Source: Actinomycetota bacterium
Lineage (GTDB): Bacteria; Actinomycetota; UBA4738; HRBIN12
Direction of reading: 5' to 3'
Assembly: GCA_005884925.1 (NCBI GenBank)
Contig: VAYU01000031.1
Coordinates: 3,548 to 67,547, forward strand
DNA: 64,000 nucleotides
The notes beneath the pieces were generated by a model, which saw only the letters and a program-made list of their open reading frames with translations, was not told the origin of the DNA and did not search any database. Both the position numbers and the translations under genes were made by a program. Shown piece by piece: positions 29,620 to 38,970 of the stretch; positions within the stretch are counted from its first letter, which is position 1, and every line of letters starts with the position of its first letter.

Positions 29620-30660
29620 GTGCCCATCGTGAACGACGAGCCGATCAGAAGGAGCGAGCCACTGCACCTCGATGTCGCTGAACCATCGCTCCTGGTTCGC
29701 GTTGTGCTGGCCGAGATCCACTCGCCGGGCCCACTCCATTACCTGATCGAGGGCGAGGGGTTCCAGGTCGTCGGTTGCGCGTCGAACGACGTGGATCTGG
29801 CGCGCCTCCTCGCGTACGTGCAGCCGGACGTGATCGTCCTCGACGCCGACATCAGCGCGACCTCCGCGCTGGTCGCTCGCGAGAAGGCTCCCTCGTCGGA
29901 GCTGATCGTCCTGTGGCCCGACGGCGTTCAACTCCCGTCGGGGGCCGAACGGATCCACCCACGCCTGATGTATCAGGAACTCGGTCCGGCGATCCGTCGG
30001 GCCGCCGAGGATCGCCGGACCCGGCATCCTGCGATCGTCGAGCCGGAGGACGACGATGTCGACGCGCGGCCCGAGCCGCCCGAAGGCCTCGACGGCACGA
30101 GCTCTGCGACGCAGCGCACGAGCACCCGCATCCTCGCGGGAACGGCAGCGCTCATCGCGCTCATCGTCTTGACGATAGGTGCGTCGTTCGCACTCGAGGG
30201 GCGGAGCCCATCGCCCCGACCGACGGCTCCCGCGATCACCAGGACCCCGAGCGCGATCGCGGGAACCAGCTCCGCCATGAGCCCTCCGAACCGGACCCGG
30301 GACGCGCACCCGTCCGTCGACGGGTGTGTGCCCGGCGTGAAGACCGATCGGAAGACGCCGAACGAACACGCATCGAGCACTGCCCTCGGCGCACCTCCTG
30401 CCTGTCGGGCAGGCACGCGGGGAGGCGCTCACCGGCAGGCCCACCGGCACGGCAACCATCGGGCGAGCCGGCCGCCTACCGGGAGCGGCAACGCGAACGC
30501 GAACGGCAGCGGCAACGCCTATGCGAATGGCAGCGGAACCGCGAAACGCCGCAGCGGCGCCCAGGGTCGGTCGCAGGGGCACCCCTCCGAAGCGCCGGCA
30601 GAGGCGCCGGCGGGACCGCCGGCGACGCCAGGCGGCGCGCGCAGCGGTCCCCCGGGCTGA
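29620..30660 (+). CDS. Hypothetical membrane protein with degenerate receiver-like N-terminus
   Basis: GFQVVGCA...QPDVIVLD resembles a REC domain; one TM; low-complexity tail with GSGNANANG repeats; start uncertain. Confidence 0.55.
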   Translation: MPIVNDEPIRRSEPLHLDVAEPSLLVRVVLAEIHSPGPLHYLIEGEGFQVVGCASNDVDLARLLAYVQPDVIVLDADISATSALVAREKAPSSELIVLWPDGVQLPSGAERIHPRLMYQELGPAIRRAAEDRRTRHPAIVEPEDDDVDARPEPPEGLDGTSSATQRTSTRILAGTAALIALIVLTIGASFALEGRSPSPRPTAPAITRTPSAIAGTSSAMSPPNRTRDAHPSVDGCVPGVKTDRKTPNEHASSTALGAPPACRAGTRGGAHRQAHRHGNHRASRPPTGSGNANANGSGNAYANGSGTAKRRSGAQGRSQGHPSEAPAEAPAGPPATPGGARSGPPG

Positions 30661-30669
30661 GACCGAGCG

Positions 30670-31095
30670 TCAGTCGTCGTCCGCACGCCGGAGGCGTTTG
30701 GTCTCCGAGCGCCTCCGCTTCGCGGCGATCCGGCGCTCGACCGCCCGTCGGCTCGGTCGTGTCGGACGGCGCTTGGGCGGCGGCGGCGCAACCGCCGCGG
30801 CGAGGATCTCTGCCATCCGTTCCAGGGCCGCCTCCCGGTTGCGGAGCTGCGACCGCTGCTCCGATGCGGTCACCGTGAGCACCCCGTCGGCGAGCCGGCC
30901 GGCCAGCCGCTCCAGCGCTCGCCTGCGCTGCACCGGACCCAGCGCGCTCGTTTCCGCCACATCGAGGCTCAACTCCACCCGTGTGTCGGCGGTGTTGACC
31001 GACTGCCCGCCGGGGCCCGACGAGTGACTGAACCGCCAGCGCAACTCGCGCTCCGGCACGAGGATCGAGCGACTGACGCGAAGCGGACCGACCAT
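30670..31095 (-). CDS. arfB: Alternative ribosome rescue factor ArfB
   Basis: SSGPGGQSVN, RSQLRNR, basic C-terminal tail RRPTRPSR...KRRRSETKRLR. Confidence 0.93.
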   Translation of the reverse strand: MVGPLRVSRSILVPERELRWRFSHSSGPGGQSVNTADTRVELSLDVAETSALGPVQRRRALERLAGRLADGVLTVTASEQRSQLRNREAALERMAEILAAAVAPPPPKRRPTRPSRRAVERRIAAKRRRSETKRLRRADDD

Positions 31096-31151
31096 GCGTG
31101 AAGTATGGGGCCGCCCTCCCCGCGGTCGGCCTCCCTCCGTATCATCGCGGG

Positions 31152-31766
31152 ATGAGTGGGGATCCGGAGCGGCCGACGCCGGTCGACGTCGGCGCGGGCC
31201 GCCTCGAGGCCTTCAGCGACGCCGTGATGGCGGTCATCATCACGATCTTGGCGCTCGAGCTGCGGCCGCCGCAGGGCTCCTCGCCGAAAGACGTGTACGA
31301 CCAGCTGCCGAGCCTGTTCATCTACGTCCTCAGCTTCGTGTTCATCGCGATCTACTGGAACAACCACCATCATCTCTTGCGCGCGACGACCCGGATCAGC
31401 GGCGCGGTGATGTGGGCGAACATGCTCCTGCTGTTCTGGTTGTCCTTGATCCCCGTCGTCACCGAGTGGTTGCACACCTTCTACCGGCACCGGCTCCCTG
31501 CGGCGTCGTTCGGCATCGTCGCGTTGGCTGCGGCGTTCTCGTACAGCGCGCTCGTGCACGCCATCATCCGCGCGAACGGTCGCGACTCGTTGGTGGGGAC
31601 GGCGATCTCCTCGGATCGGAAAGGAGTCGCGTCGCTCGTGATGTACGCGGGCGGCGTTGGCTCGACCTTCGTGAGCGTCTGGATCGCGTACGCCCTGTAC
31701 GCGGCGGTCGCCGTGATGTGGCTGATCCCGGACCGGCGGTTCACACGCGACGTGGGTCGACGCTAG
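31152..31766 (+). CDS. TMEM175 family potassium channel
   Basis: RLEAFSDAVMAVIITILAL, YVLSFVFIAIYWNNHH, NMLLLFWLSLIP. Confidence 0.92.
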   Translation: MSGDPERPTPVDVGAGRLEAFSDAVMAVIITILALELRPPQGSSPKDVYDQLPSLFIYVLSFVFIAIYWNNHHHLLRATTRISGAVMWANMLLLFWLSLIPVVTEWLHTFYRHRLPAASFGIVALAAAFSYSALVHAIIRANGRDSLVGTAISSDRKGVASLVMYAGGVGSTFVSVWIAYALYAAVAVMWLIPDRRFTRDVGRR

Positions 31767-32283
31767 GGAGCGGCTCGAGGCCGTACAGACGTCGGGCCGC
31801 GGGCGACATCCGTGCCGCTTCGGCCTCGGAGATGACGGACGGGCGCGGCGGAGCGACGCGCTCACGCCGACGCCAGCGACGAGGCGGCTCGGGTTCCGGG
31901 GGTGCCGGCCGCGGCACGTGCGCGTGCCGGATCTTCGGCGTCTCGACCAGGTCCAGCTCGGTTGGGTCGGCTCGGATCACCTGCTCCTGAACGGCAGCAT
32001 CGACCAGCCCCGAGAGGACCGACGAAGGCGGCGGCGCGACCTCGTCCGGCTCCCACGGATAGCGGTGCGGCGGCGACCCCGCTCCGGTCAGCCGCCGTTC
32101 CTCCTCGTCACGACGCTCGAACTCGGCGGCGAAACGCTCGGCGCCCCACCGCGTGGCCTCCCGGTGCGCGTACGCGAGGAGCGCAGCGTCGATCTCCTCG
32201 TCCGCTCGATCGGCTTCGGGCTCAGGTCCTTCGACCCATCCCCTACGAAGCTCGTCGACCCGATCCGCCCCCTCGGTTCGCAC
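31741..32283 (-). CDS. Hypothetical protein, probably leaderless
   Basis: Acidic/Pro-rich 180-aa ORF ending RMSPAARRLYGL; GTG lies 7 nt after a sigma-28-like -10. Confidence 0.55.
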   Translation of the reverse strand: MRTEGADRVDELRRGWVEGPEPEADRADEEIDAALLAYAHREATRWGAERFAAEFERRDEEERRLTGAGSPPHRYPWEPDEVAPPPSSVLSGLVDAAVQEQVIRADPTELDLVETPKIRHAHVPRPAPPEPEPPRRWRRRERVAPPRPSVISEAEAARMSPAARRLYGLEPLPSVDPRRV

Positions 32284-32290
32284 CTCCCAG

Positions 32291-32320
32291 GTATCGGCCC
32301 CGGACCCCCGCCGACTTCAG
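32291..32320 (-). promoter_or_regulatory. Sigma-28 (FliA/WhiG)-type promoter
   Basis: Minus strand CTGAAG-N16-GCCGATAC; shares CTGAAGTCGGC with the pilT promoter. Confidence 0.65.
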
Positions 32321-32513
32321 CCTCCTCACGAGATCTGCCTGGAGAACATGTCGCAGGCGTTCGGGTCGCCTGCGCTCGCCGGTCTCGTACCGGTGCGTCC
32401 GTTCGGACGAAGACCCGTGCGTCCGCCGTGGGATACAACGACTCGCAGCACTCCCTGCTCGCACGAGCTCGTCTCGATCCAGGGCCGGCGATCCTGAAAC
32501 GGAACCCCTCGCG

Positions 32514-33251
32514 TCACGTGACCCGCACGTCGCGCTCGTGCAGCAACGATCGGAGGACCATCGCGTCGCGCGGGGCGGCGGCGTCCGTGTCGTTGTTGAA
32601 GTAGACGAAGACGTCCGTGGCCGCCAGCGCCGCGATCCGGTCGGCCCAACCCCGGAGCTTGGCCCGCCGGTATCCCGGCCCTGTCCGCGTGCCCTGATGG
32701 AAACGGAGGTAGGACCACCCACCGGTGACGATCGGATCGACCCGCTCGCCCGGGCGATCGGCGAGCACGAGCGCCGATCTCGCCCGGTCCAAGAGCGCGA
32801 ACACCTCATCGGTGAGCCACGATCGATGTCGGAACTCCACCGCGACGCGGCACCGCCTGCCGAACGCCGCGAGCGTCTCCTCCAGCCGGTCGGGCGCGGC
32901 CGGGAGGTTCGGAGGGAGCTGGAGCAGCACGGGACCGAGCCTCGGGCCCAAGCGCTTCGCCCGCGAGACGAACAGGTCGACCGGCTCACGGGGATCGCGG
33001 AGACGACGGACGTGCGTGAGGTACCGGCTCGCCTTCACCGCCATCACGAAGCCGGCGTTCGTCTCCCGCTTCCACCGATCGAAGGTCTCGGCCTCCGGGA
33101 GCCGGTAGAAGGTGTTGTTGACCTCCACCGTCGAGAACACGGACGCGTAGTGGCCGAGCCACCGCGTCGTGGGGAGGCCGGCAGGATAGAAGGCGTCTCG
33201 CCAGTCCGCGTACTGCCAGCCGCTCGTCCCGATGGAGACGGAGGGCGTCAT
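32514..33251 (-). CDS. DUF72 family protein
   Basis: IGTSGWQY, TVEVNNTFYRLP, VKASRYLTH, LLQLPP, EFRHRSW, YLRFH, VYFNND. Confidence 0.93.
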   Translation of the reverse strand: MTPSVSIGTSGWQYADWRDAFYPAGLPTTRWLGHYASVFSTVEVNNTFYRLPEAETFDRWKRETNAGFVMAVKASRYLTHVRRLRDPREPVDLFVSRAKRLGPRLGPVLLQLPPNLPAAPDRLEETLAAFGRRCRVAVEFRHRSWLTDEVFALLDRARSALVLADRPGERVDPIVTGGWSYLRFHQGTRTGPGYRRAKLRGWADRIAALAATDVFVYFNNDTDAAAPRDAMVLRSLLHERDVRVT

Positions 33252-33994
33252 GTGCGGGCGGCTCGCCGACGGAGCGTCTTCGCTTCGTCGGCGAGCCGCC
33301 GCGCTTCGGCCTCGGCGGCCTCCGCCGAGGCCGAAGCGTCCCGGGCCTTCGCGCGGAGCTGTTCGGCGCGGCGCGCGGCGCGCTCGGCCTCACGCTCCGC
33401 GACGACCGCGGTGCGTTCGGCCTCCTTCGCCTCGCGCTTGCGATCCTCCTCGGTGGCGTCGTCCTCGCCGGCTCGGTCGCCACCCTGGAGCAACTGGAAC
33501 CCTCCGGCCGGCCCGAGGCCCGAGTCCGGCGTCGCCTCGCGCTCGAGGGTGCCCTCGCGCAGGCGTCCCCCGAGCTCCGGATCGACGGAGGCCGCCTCGA
33601 GCGTGAGGACGATCGCGTCGCGATGGGCGCCGGCCCGGGCTCCGAGCGCCCCGAGGGCGACCTCCGCCAGCGCGGCGACCTTCGCGCGACGCGCCTGGGT
33701 CGCGTTCCTGAGGTCGCCGGCTCCCTTGCCCGAGATCGCGGCGACCTGAGCCTGCTGCAGGTCATCGCCGGCACGCAACAGGGCCGCGACGTCGGCGGGG
33801 CGCTTCCTGCTCGCCGCGTTCACCGCCCAGGCGACCACCGTGGGCTTCCGGAGCTTCTTGATCGCGGCCGCAAGGACGGGCTCTCTGTCCTCGGCGAGCT
33901 GCCGAGCGAGGGCGTCCCGAGCCTCGATGAACCCCTCCGGCGCGAGACCGAAGAGCCCCTTCGCGCGAACGCGAGCATCGTCCTCGATCGTCAC
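33248..33994 (-). CDS. Conserved hypothetical helical/coiled-coil protein
   Basis: LFGLAPEGFIEARD...LRKPTVVAWAVN; Ala/Glu/Arg-rich C-terminus; ATGA overlap with DUF72. Confidence 0.75.
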   Translation of the reverse strand: MTIEDDARVRAKGLFGLAPEGFIEARDALARQLAEDREPVLAAAIKKLRKPTVVAWAVNAASRKRPADVAALLRAGDDLQQAQVAAISGKGAGDLRNATQARRAKVAALAEVALGALGARAGAHRDAIVLTLEAASVDPELGGRLREGTLEREATPDSGLGPAGGFQLLQGGDRAGEDDATEEDRKREAKEAERTAVVAEREAERAARRAEQLRAKARDASASAEAAEAEARRLADEAKTLRRRAART

Positions 33995-34145
33995 GGCAGC
34001 GATCGCTCCATCGGGCTCCGATCGAACCGGCCAACCGTACCGCGTTCGGTCCGTCCGGGTACGAGCCGGAGCGGCCTCAAGCCGACGTCCCGGACCGCCG
34101 AGCTAGGCCCTCGTAGGCTCGAGAGGATCCTTTCCGGGAGGCGCG

Positions 34146-35546
34146 GTGACGGACGATCGGGAGACACGGGGCATGCGCTCGCTCGCGCGCCGGATCGGGC
34201 ATGCGCTCTTCGGCGTCGCGACGCTCGTCGTGATCACGGTCGCCTCGATCGCTTTCGGCCTTCGCATCACTCCCCTGCAATCGGTCTCGGCGTTGGGCCA
34301 GACGGTCGGGGTCGGCGCCACCTCGCCGACGGCGAGCCTGCGCGGGCCGGGAGAGGTGGACCTGTTCGGACAACCGCTCCCGACGCAGGCTCGGTTCGTC
34401 GGACCCGTCCGGCCGCGGCTGGTCTTGACGGACATCACCCTCAACCAGCAGGTCGCCGGCCTGTTCGCCCCCGAGACGCAGCCGGGGTCGGCCGCGGCGC
34501 TGGGCGAGCAGCTCGCGAGCGGTTGGAAGCGCTACTTCGCGTGGGAAACCACGTTCGTGGCCCTCGGCGCCCTGCTGCTGCTGGGGATGATCGCCGGTTG
34601 GCGCCGGCACCTCTGGAGTTGGAAGAAGACGCTCGTGACCGTGCTCGGCGGCCTGCTCGTCGTGGAGGCCGTGAACGTCGGTCTCATCATGCTCACCGCA
34701 TCGACCGCCGCCACCGTCTTGCACGACGTGCACTCCTTGGGGGAGCTCGTCGGCCGGAGCGACCAGCCGCCACTCGCTGCGGCGCCGGGTCCTCCGCTCC
34801 GCGGCGTGCAGGCTGTCGTGATGGGCGACTCGACCGCCGCGGGCCTCGGCGGTGCACCGTTGCCCAAACCGACCCCGGACGATCAAGCGTGCGGTCGGAG
34901 CGCCGACGCGTACGGCGTGCTCCTCGGCCGCGTGAACCGATGGAACGTCGGGAATCTCGCGTGCAGCGGCGCGACGATCCGCGGTGGCCTCCTCGGCTCG
35001 CAGTCGGCGGGCGGCATCTCGATCCCTCCCCAGCTCGCCGTGGCGAAGCGGGCCGTCGATGCCTCGGCGGTCGTGATCGGGGTCGGTGCCAACGACCTGA
35101 ACTGGGGTCCGATGATCCGGCTCTGCGCGGTGTCGGTCACGTGTGACGATCGAGCTTCGACCGTGTTCTTCCAGAAGCAGCTGTCGTCGTTCGCACGCGA
35201 CTACTACGAGCTGCTCCGCCAGCTCTCCGGCCTCCCCGACGACCCCAAGGTGGTCATCAACCTCTACTACGCGCCGTTCGCTCCGAACGCGGCTTGTCTC
35301 ACCGGGCTCACGCCGCCGAAGATCACGGTCCTGCTCGACCGGCTCGATGCGCTCAACGCGGTGCTCGCGGATGGAGCGAAGACCTTCGGCTACCTCTCCG
35401 TGAAGCCCGACTTCACCGATCACGGGCTCTGCACCGAGCTGCCCTACGTCCAGGGACTGCGGGACGCGGCGCCGTTCCACCCGAACGGGACCGGCCAGCT
35501 CGTGATCGCGCTCGCCGACGAGCGGGCGCTCCTCGGGGCGCCGTAG
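34146..35546 (+). CDS. Membrane-anchored SGNH/GDSL hydrolase
   Basis: Three TMs, then GDSTAAG, LACSGA, GVGAND, PFHPN. Confidence 0.85.
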   Translation: MTDDRETRGMRSLARRIGHALFGVATLVVITVASIAFGLRITPLQSVSALGQTVGVGATSPTASLRGPGEVDLFGQPLPTQARFVGPVRPRLVLTDITLNQQVAGLFAPETQPGSAAALGEQLASGWKRYFAWETTFVALGALLLLGMIAGWRRHLWSWKKTLVTVLGGLLVVEAVNVGLIMLTASTAATVLHDVHSLGELVGRSDQPPLAAAPGPPLRGVQAVVMGDSTAAGLGGAPLPKPTPDDQACGRSADAYGVLLGRVNRWNVGNLACSGATIRGGLLGSQSAGGISIPPQLAVAKRAVDASAVVIGVGANDLNWGPMIRLCAVSVTCDDRASTVFFQKQLSSFARDYYELLRQLSGLPDDPKVVINLYYAPFAPNAACLTGLTPPKITVLLDRLDALNAVLADGAKTFGYLSVKPDFTDHGLCTELPYVQGLRDAAPFHPNGTGQLVIALADERALLGAP

Positions 35547-35588
35547 GCTCGGCTGGACGCGTCAGATCGTTCGCACCATCATCGTGCG

Positions 35589-36485
35589 ATGAGCGCGCCG
35601 CAGGGCGGGATCTTCGCGCTCGGCACGTCCTCGCACGCGTACCTCGAGTTCGATCTGCGGGAGGGGGTCGCCGAGCTGGCGCTCGCGAGCACCCTCGCCG
35701 GGCTCCGCGAACCGCGAACGACGATGGGCGGCGTCAACCTCGTTATGGGGTTCCGACCCACGCTCTGGCGAGCGCTGTTGCCCCAGGCCACGCCGGAGAC
35801 CCTCGAGGATTTCGACCGCGACGTGGTCGGACCGGACGGCTTCACCATGCCCGCGACGCAGCACGACGCGGTGGTGTGGCTCTCCGGCAGCGCGTACGAC
35901 GTGATCTTCGACATGTCGCTCGGCGTGATCGGGGAGCTCGGAGCGGTTGCATCGGTCGCCGATGAGACCGCGAGCTGGCCCTATCACCAGGATCTCGACC
36001 TCACGGGGTTCATCGATGGGACCGAGAACCCGACGCTCGTCGATGCCGCCGATATCGTGCTCGTCCCCGAGGGGAGCCCCGGCGCGGGGGGCACGATCCT
36101 GCTCCTGCAGAAGTGGCGTCACGACGCCGTGACGTGGACCTCGCTCCCCGTCGAGCGGAGGGAGCACGTGATCGGCCGACGATTGCTCGACAGCATCGAG
36201 CTGGAGGACAAGCCCGACGACTCCCACGTCGCACGGACGGACCAAGACGTGTTCGGGAAGATCTTCCGGCGGAACACGCCGTACGGGACCGTCTTGGATC
36301 ACGGGACGATGTTCGTGGGGTTCGCTGCCGACCAACGACCCCTCAGCACGATGCTCCAGAGCATGGCCGGGCTGACGAACGGGACACGTGACGCCCTCAC
36401 GCGCTACACGACCCCACTCACGGGTGCGTACTACTTCGTGCCCTCCGCCCGAGATCTACGCCTCGACGGCGTCGACGAGGACTGA
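35589..36485 (+). CDS. DyP-type peroxidase
   Basis: DLTGFIDGTENP, LQKWRH, SHVAR, IFRRNTPYG, TGAYYFVPS. Confidence 0.93.
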   Translation: MSAPQGGIFALGTSSHAYLEFDLREGVAELALASTLAGLREPRTTMGGVNLVMGFRPTLWRALLPQATPETLEDFDRDVVGPDGFTMPATQHDAVVWLSGSAYDVIFDMSLGVIGELGAVASVADETASWPYHQDLDLTGFIDGTENPTLVDAADIVLVPEGSPGAGGTILLLQKWRHDAVTWTSLPVERREHVIGRRLLDSIELEDKPDDSHVARTDQDVFGKIFRRNTPYGTVLDHGTMFVGFAADQRPLSTMLQSMAGLTNGTRDALTRYTTPLTGAYYFVPSARDLRLDGVDED

Positions 36486-36632
36486 CTCGCGAGGCAGGAT
36501 CAGCTCGTCCGTGTCGTCGAACGTCGGCTCGTTGAGGCGGAGCGTTCGCGAGAACGCGACCGCCGTGCCACCGAGCAGCGTCGTCATGGTCAGCCCTTGC
36601 AGCCAATCGGCCGGTGATGCCGGTGCGATCAT
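36456..36632 (-). CDS. Small hypothetical membrane protein (58 aa)
   Basis: SD GAAGGAG then MIAPASPADWLQGLTMTTLLGGTAVAFSR...; overlaps the DyP 3' end by 30 nt. Confidence 0.45.
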   Translation of the reverse strand: MIAPASPADWLQGLTMTTLLGGTAVAFSRTLRLNEPTFDDTDELILPRESVLVDAVEA

Positions 36633-36776
36633 CCCGATGCTCCTTCGTGCGGTGTCGTGGGGGTCACGATCGGATGCATCATCGAAGCGCGCGCGGCTGA
36701 ACAGACGCTGGGAGGGGCCGCAGAAAAGGCTCAGGCTCGTAGGCTGGAGGCTCGTCGACCGACGGAGGTGCGAGCG

Positions 36777-37175
36777 ATGGCTGAGAGCGCGCCGGGGAAC
36801 CCGGCGGGGAACGCGAAGCAAGCCTGGAACGACGTCGGGGAGCGGTTCTCGTCGTTGGGTCGTCGTCTCTCGGGTCACTACCGGGAGGCCGGCGGAGCAG
36901 GCAGGGCGACCGTCGAGGGATCGCAGCGCAAGCTGGAGGAAGCCGCCCGTGAGATCGGCAACGAGATCGGGCGAGCGTTCACAGCGCTCGGCGAGACGAT
37001 CAACGACGACGACGCGAAGAAGGATCTGAAGCGCGCCGTGAGCGCGATCGGGGACGCGGTCACCGTCACGGTCAGCGAGGCCGGGAAGGCGGTGCGGGGT
37101 CGGGGCGCCGACGACGAGCAGCCGCAGCGGCCGGACGGGCGCGCCGACGAGGGACCACCGAGCGCGAGCGGCTAG
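36777..37175 (+). CDS. Hypothetical amphipathic helical protein
   Basis: SD GGAGGTG; AWNDVGERFSSLGRRL...AFTALGETIND. Confidence 0.7.
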   Translation: MAESAPGNPAGNAKQAWNDVGERFSSLGRRLSGHYREAGGAGRATVEGSQRKLEEAAREIGNEIGRAFTALGETINDDDAKKDLKRAVSAIGDAVTVTVSEAGKAVRGRGADDEQPQRPDGRADEGPPSASG

Positions 37176-37183
37176 GCCGTCCC

Positions 37184-38503
37184 GTGGCGCTGCTCGATCT
37201 GGCCCCGCGATCGTTCGATGAGTACGCGGCGGCTGGAGGCGGGCACGGACTGGCGATCGCGCTCGGTGCTTGGCCCGAAGCGGTGATCGAAGAGGTCGCG
37301 AAGAGCGGCCTCCGCGGTCGCGGCGGCGCCGGCTTCCCCACCGGTGACAAGTGGCGGGCGGTCCGGTCGGTGGGAGCGGGGCCGCGGTTCGCCGTCTGCA
37401 ACGCCGCGGAGGGTGAGCCCGCCACCTTCAAGGACCGCACGTTGCTCCGGACGAATGCGTATCAGGTGCTCGAGGGGCTCGCGATCGCCGCCCACGCGGT
37501 CGGGGCGGAACGCGCGTTCGTCGGTCTCAAGGAGGCGTTCGTACCGGAGACCGAAGCGCTCGGACGGGCGCTGAAAGAGATGCAGGCCGCGGACGCGCTC
37601 GGATCGATCCCCATCGAGATCGTCCTCGGCCCCGACCTCTACCTCTTCGGAGAGGAGACCGGGCTCGAGGAGGTCATCGAGGAGCGGCCCCCACTCCCGC
37701 GCACAGTGAGACCGTTCATCCAGGGGTTGTTCGCGACCCCGCCAAACGACAACCCGACCCTCGTCAACAACGTCGAGACGCTCGCCAACGTGCCGCACAT
37801 CCTTCGCGAGGGCCCCGCCTGGCTGCGTGCGAACGGCACCGAGGACTCGCCCGGCACGATGGTCTTCACCGTCTGCGGTGACGTGCAGCGGGAAGGCGTG
37901 TTCGAGCTCCCGCTCGGCTCGCCGATGCGCGCGCTCATCGAGGATGCCGGCGGCGGCGCGCCGGAGGGTCGAACGATCAAGGCGATCTTCCCCGGGGCGT
38001 CGAACACCGTCATCGCCCCGGACGAGCTCGATACGCCGATGGACTTCGATTCGCTCCGCGAGGTGGGCTCGGGCCTCGGCGCGGGCGGGTTCGCGGTGTT
38101 CGACGACTCGGCATGCATGGTCCAGGCGGCGTACCGGTACTCGCGGTTCCTGGCCGTCGAATCATGCGGGCAATGTCCCGCCTGCAAGTTCGGCACGGGG
38201 GAAGCCACCGATGCGCTGGAGGCGCTCGAAGCGGGACGGGGTTCGGACCGGGACGTCGAGCTGGTCCTCGTTCGGTCCCGGAGCTCCACGGACGGACAGA
38301 AGTGTGCGCTCCCGACCGGCGAGAGCCTGCTGATGCAGAGCCTGGTCCAGGTGTTCGACGAGGAGTTCCGACGGCACGTCGGGAGGCCCTGTCCCCTCCC
38401 GCGCGAGCTCCCGTTCCACAAGATCGTCGACCGGGACGACTCGGGTCGATTCGTGTATGACGGCGACTACGTCCGCAAGCAGCCGGACTGGACCTACGCA
38501 TGA
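37184..38503 (+). CDS. Stand-alone NuoF-like FMN/4Fe-4S NADH oxidoreductase
   Basis: SGLRGRGGAGFPTG.KW, NAAEGEPATFKDR, GEET, NNVETLAN, ESCGQCPAC...KCAL. Confidence 0.88.
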   Translation: MALLDLAPRSFDEYAAAGGGHGLAIALGAWPEAVIEEVAKSGLRGRGGAGFPTGDKWRAVRSVGAGPRFAVCNAAEGEPATFKDRTLLRTNAYQVLEGLAIAAHAVGAERAFVGLKEAFVPETEALGRALKEMQAADALGSIPIEIVLGPDLYLFGEETGLEEVIEERPPLPRTVRPFIQGLFATPPNDNPTLVNNVETLANVPHILREGPAWLRANGTEDSPGTMVFTVCGDVQREGVFELPLGSPMRALIEDAGGGAPEGRTIKAIFPGASNTVIAPDELDTPMDFDSLREVGSGLGAGGFAVFDDSACMVQAAYRYSRFLAVESCGQCPACKFGTGEATDALEALEAGRGSDRDVELVLVRSRSSTDGQKCALPTGESLLMQSLVQVFDEEFRRHVGRPCPLPRELPFHKIVDRDDSGRFVYDGDYVRKQPDWTYA

Positions 38504-38967
38504 AGCTCGACGACCTGCTCCGCGAGGAAGACTCCGGGTGGACGGAGTTCCACCGGCTGCTCGACCCGTTGTCGCCGACCGAGGCGGAGACCCCCGGCTA
38601 CTTCCCGGAGGGATGGTCGGTGAAGGACCTCATCGGGCACCTGGGCAGCTGGCTGGCCGAGGCGGGGATCGCGCTCGAACGGATCGCAGCGGGCACGTAC
38701 CGGGCCGGCGAGCTCGACATCGACGCGAAGAACGACGAGTTCCTGGAGGCGCTCCGGCCCCTCACGTTGCGGGAGACCCATGCGCAGGCGGAAGCGGCGA
38801 GGGCGCACACGCTGCGCACGCTCCGGTCGCTGCCGGAGGTATCGGAGGATGCAGCGTGGTGGATCGAGAAGGCGGGCCCCGCCCACTACGCCACCCATCT
38901 CCCCAGGCTACGGGAGTGGGTCGAGGAGCTCCGATCGGGAGCGTTCCCGGCCGGCGATCACGTGTGA
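38500..38967 (+). CDS. DinB/maleylpyruvate-isomerase N-domain four-helix protein
   Basis: GWSVKDLIGHLGSW, HYATH; ATGA overlap. Confidence 0.8.
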   Translation: MKLDDLLREEDSGWTEFHRLLDPLSPTEAETPGYFPEGWSVKDLIGHLGSWLAEAGIALERIAAGTYRAGELDIDAKNDEFLEALRPLTLRETHAQAEAARAHTLRTLRSLPEVSEDAAWWIEKAGPAHYATHLPRLREWVEELRSGAFPAGDHV

Positions 38968-38970
38968 TCG

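Noticed and set aside
29599-29627. Fourth sigma-28-like promoter CTGGAG-N17-GCCCAT
   Set aside because: Mismatch in the -10 core, longer spacing and overlap with the predicted start
35589-36485. DyP as encapsulin cargo
   Set aside because: No GSL.IGSL-type targeting tail and no adjacent encapsulin gene
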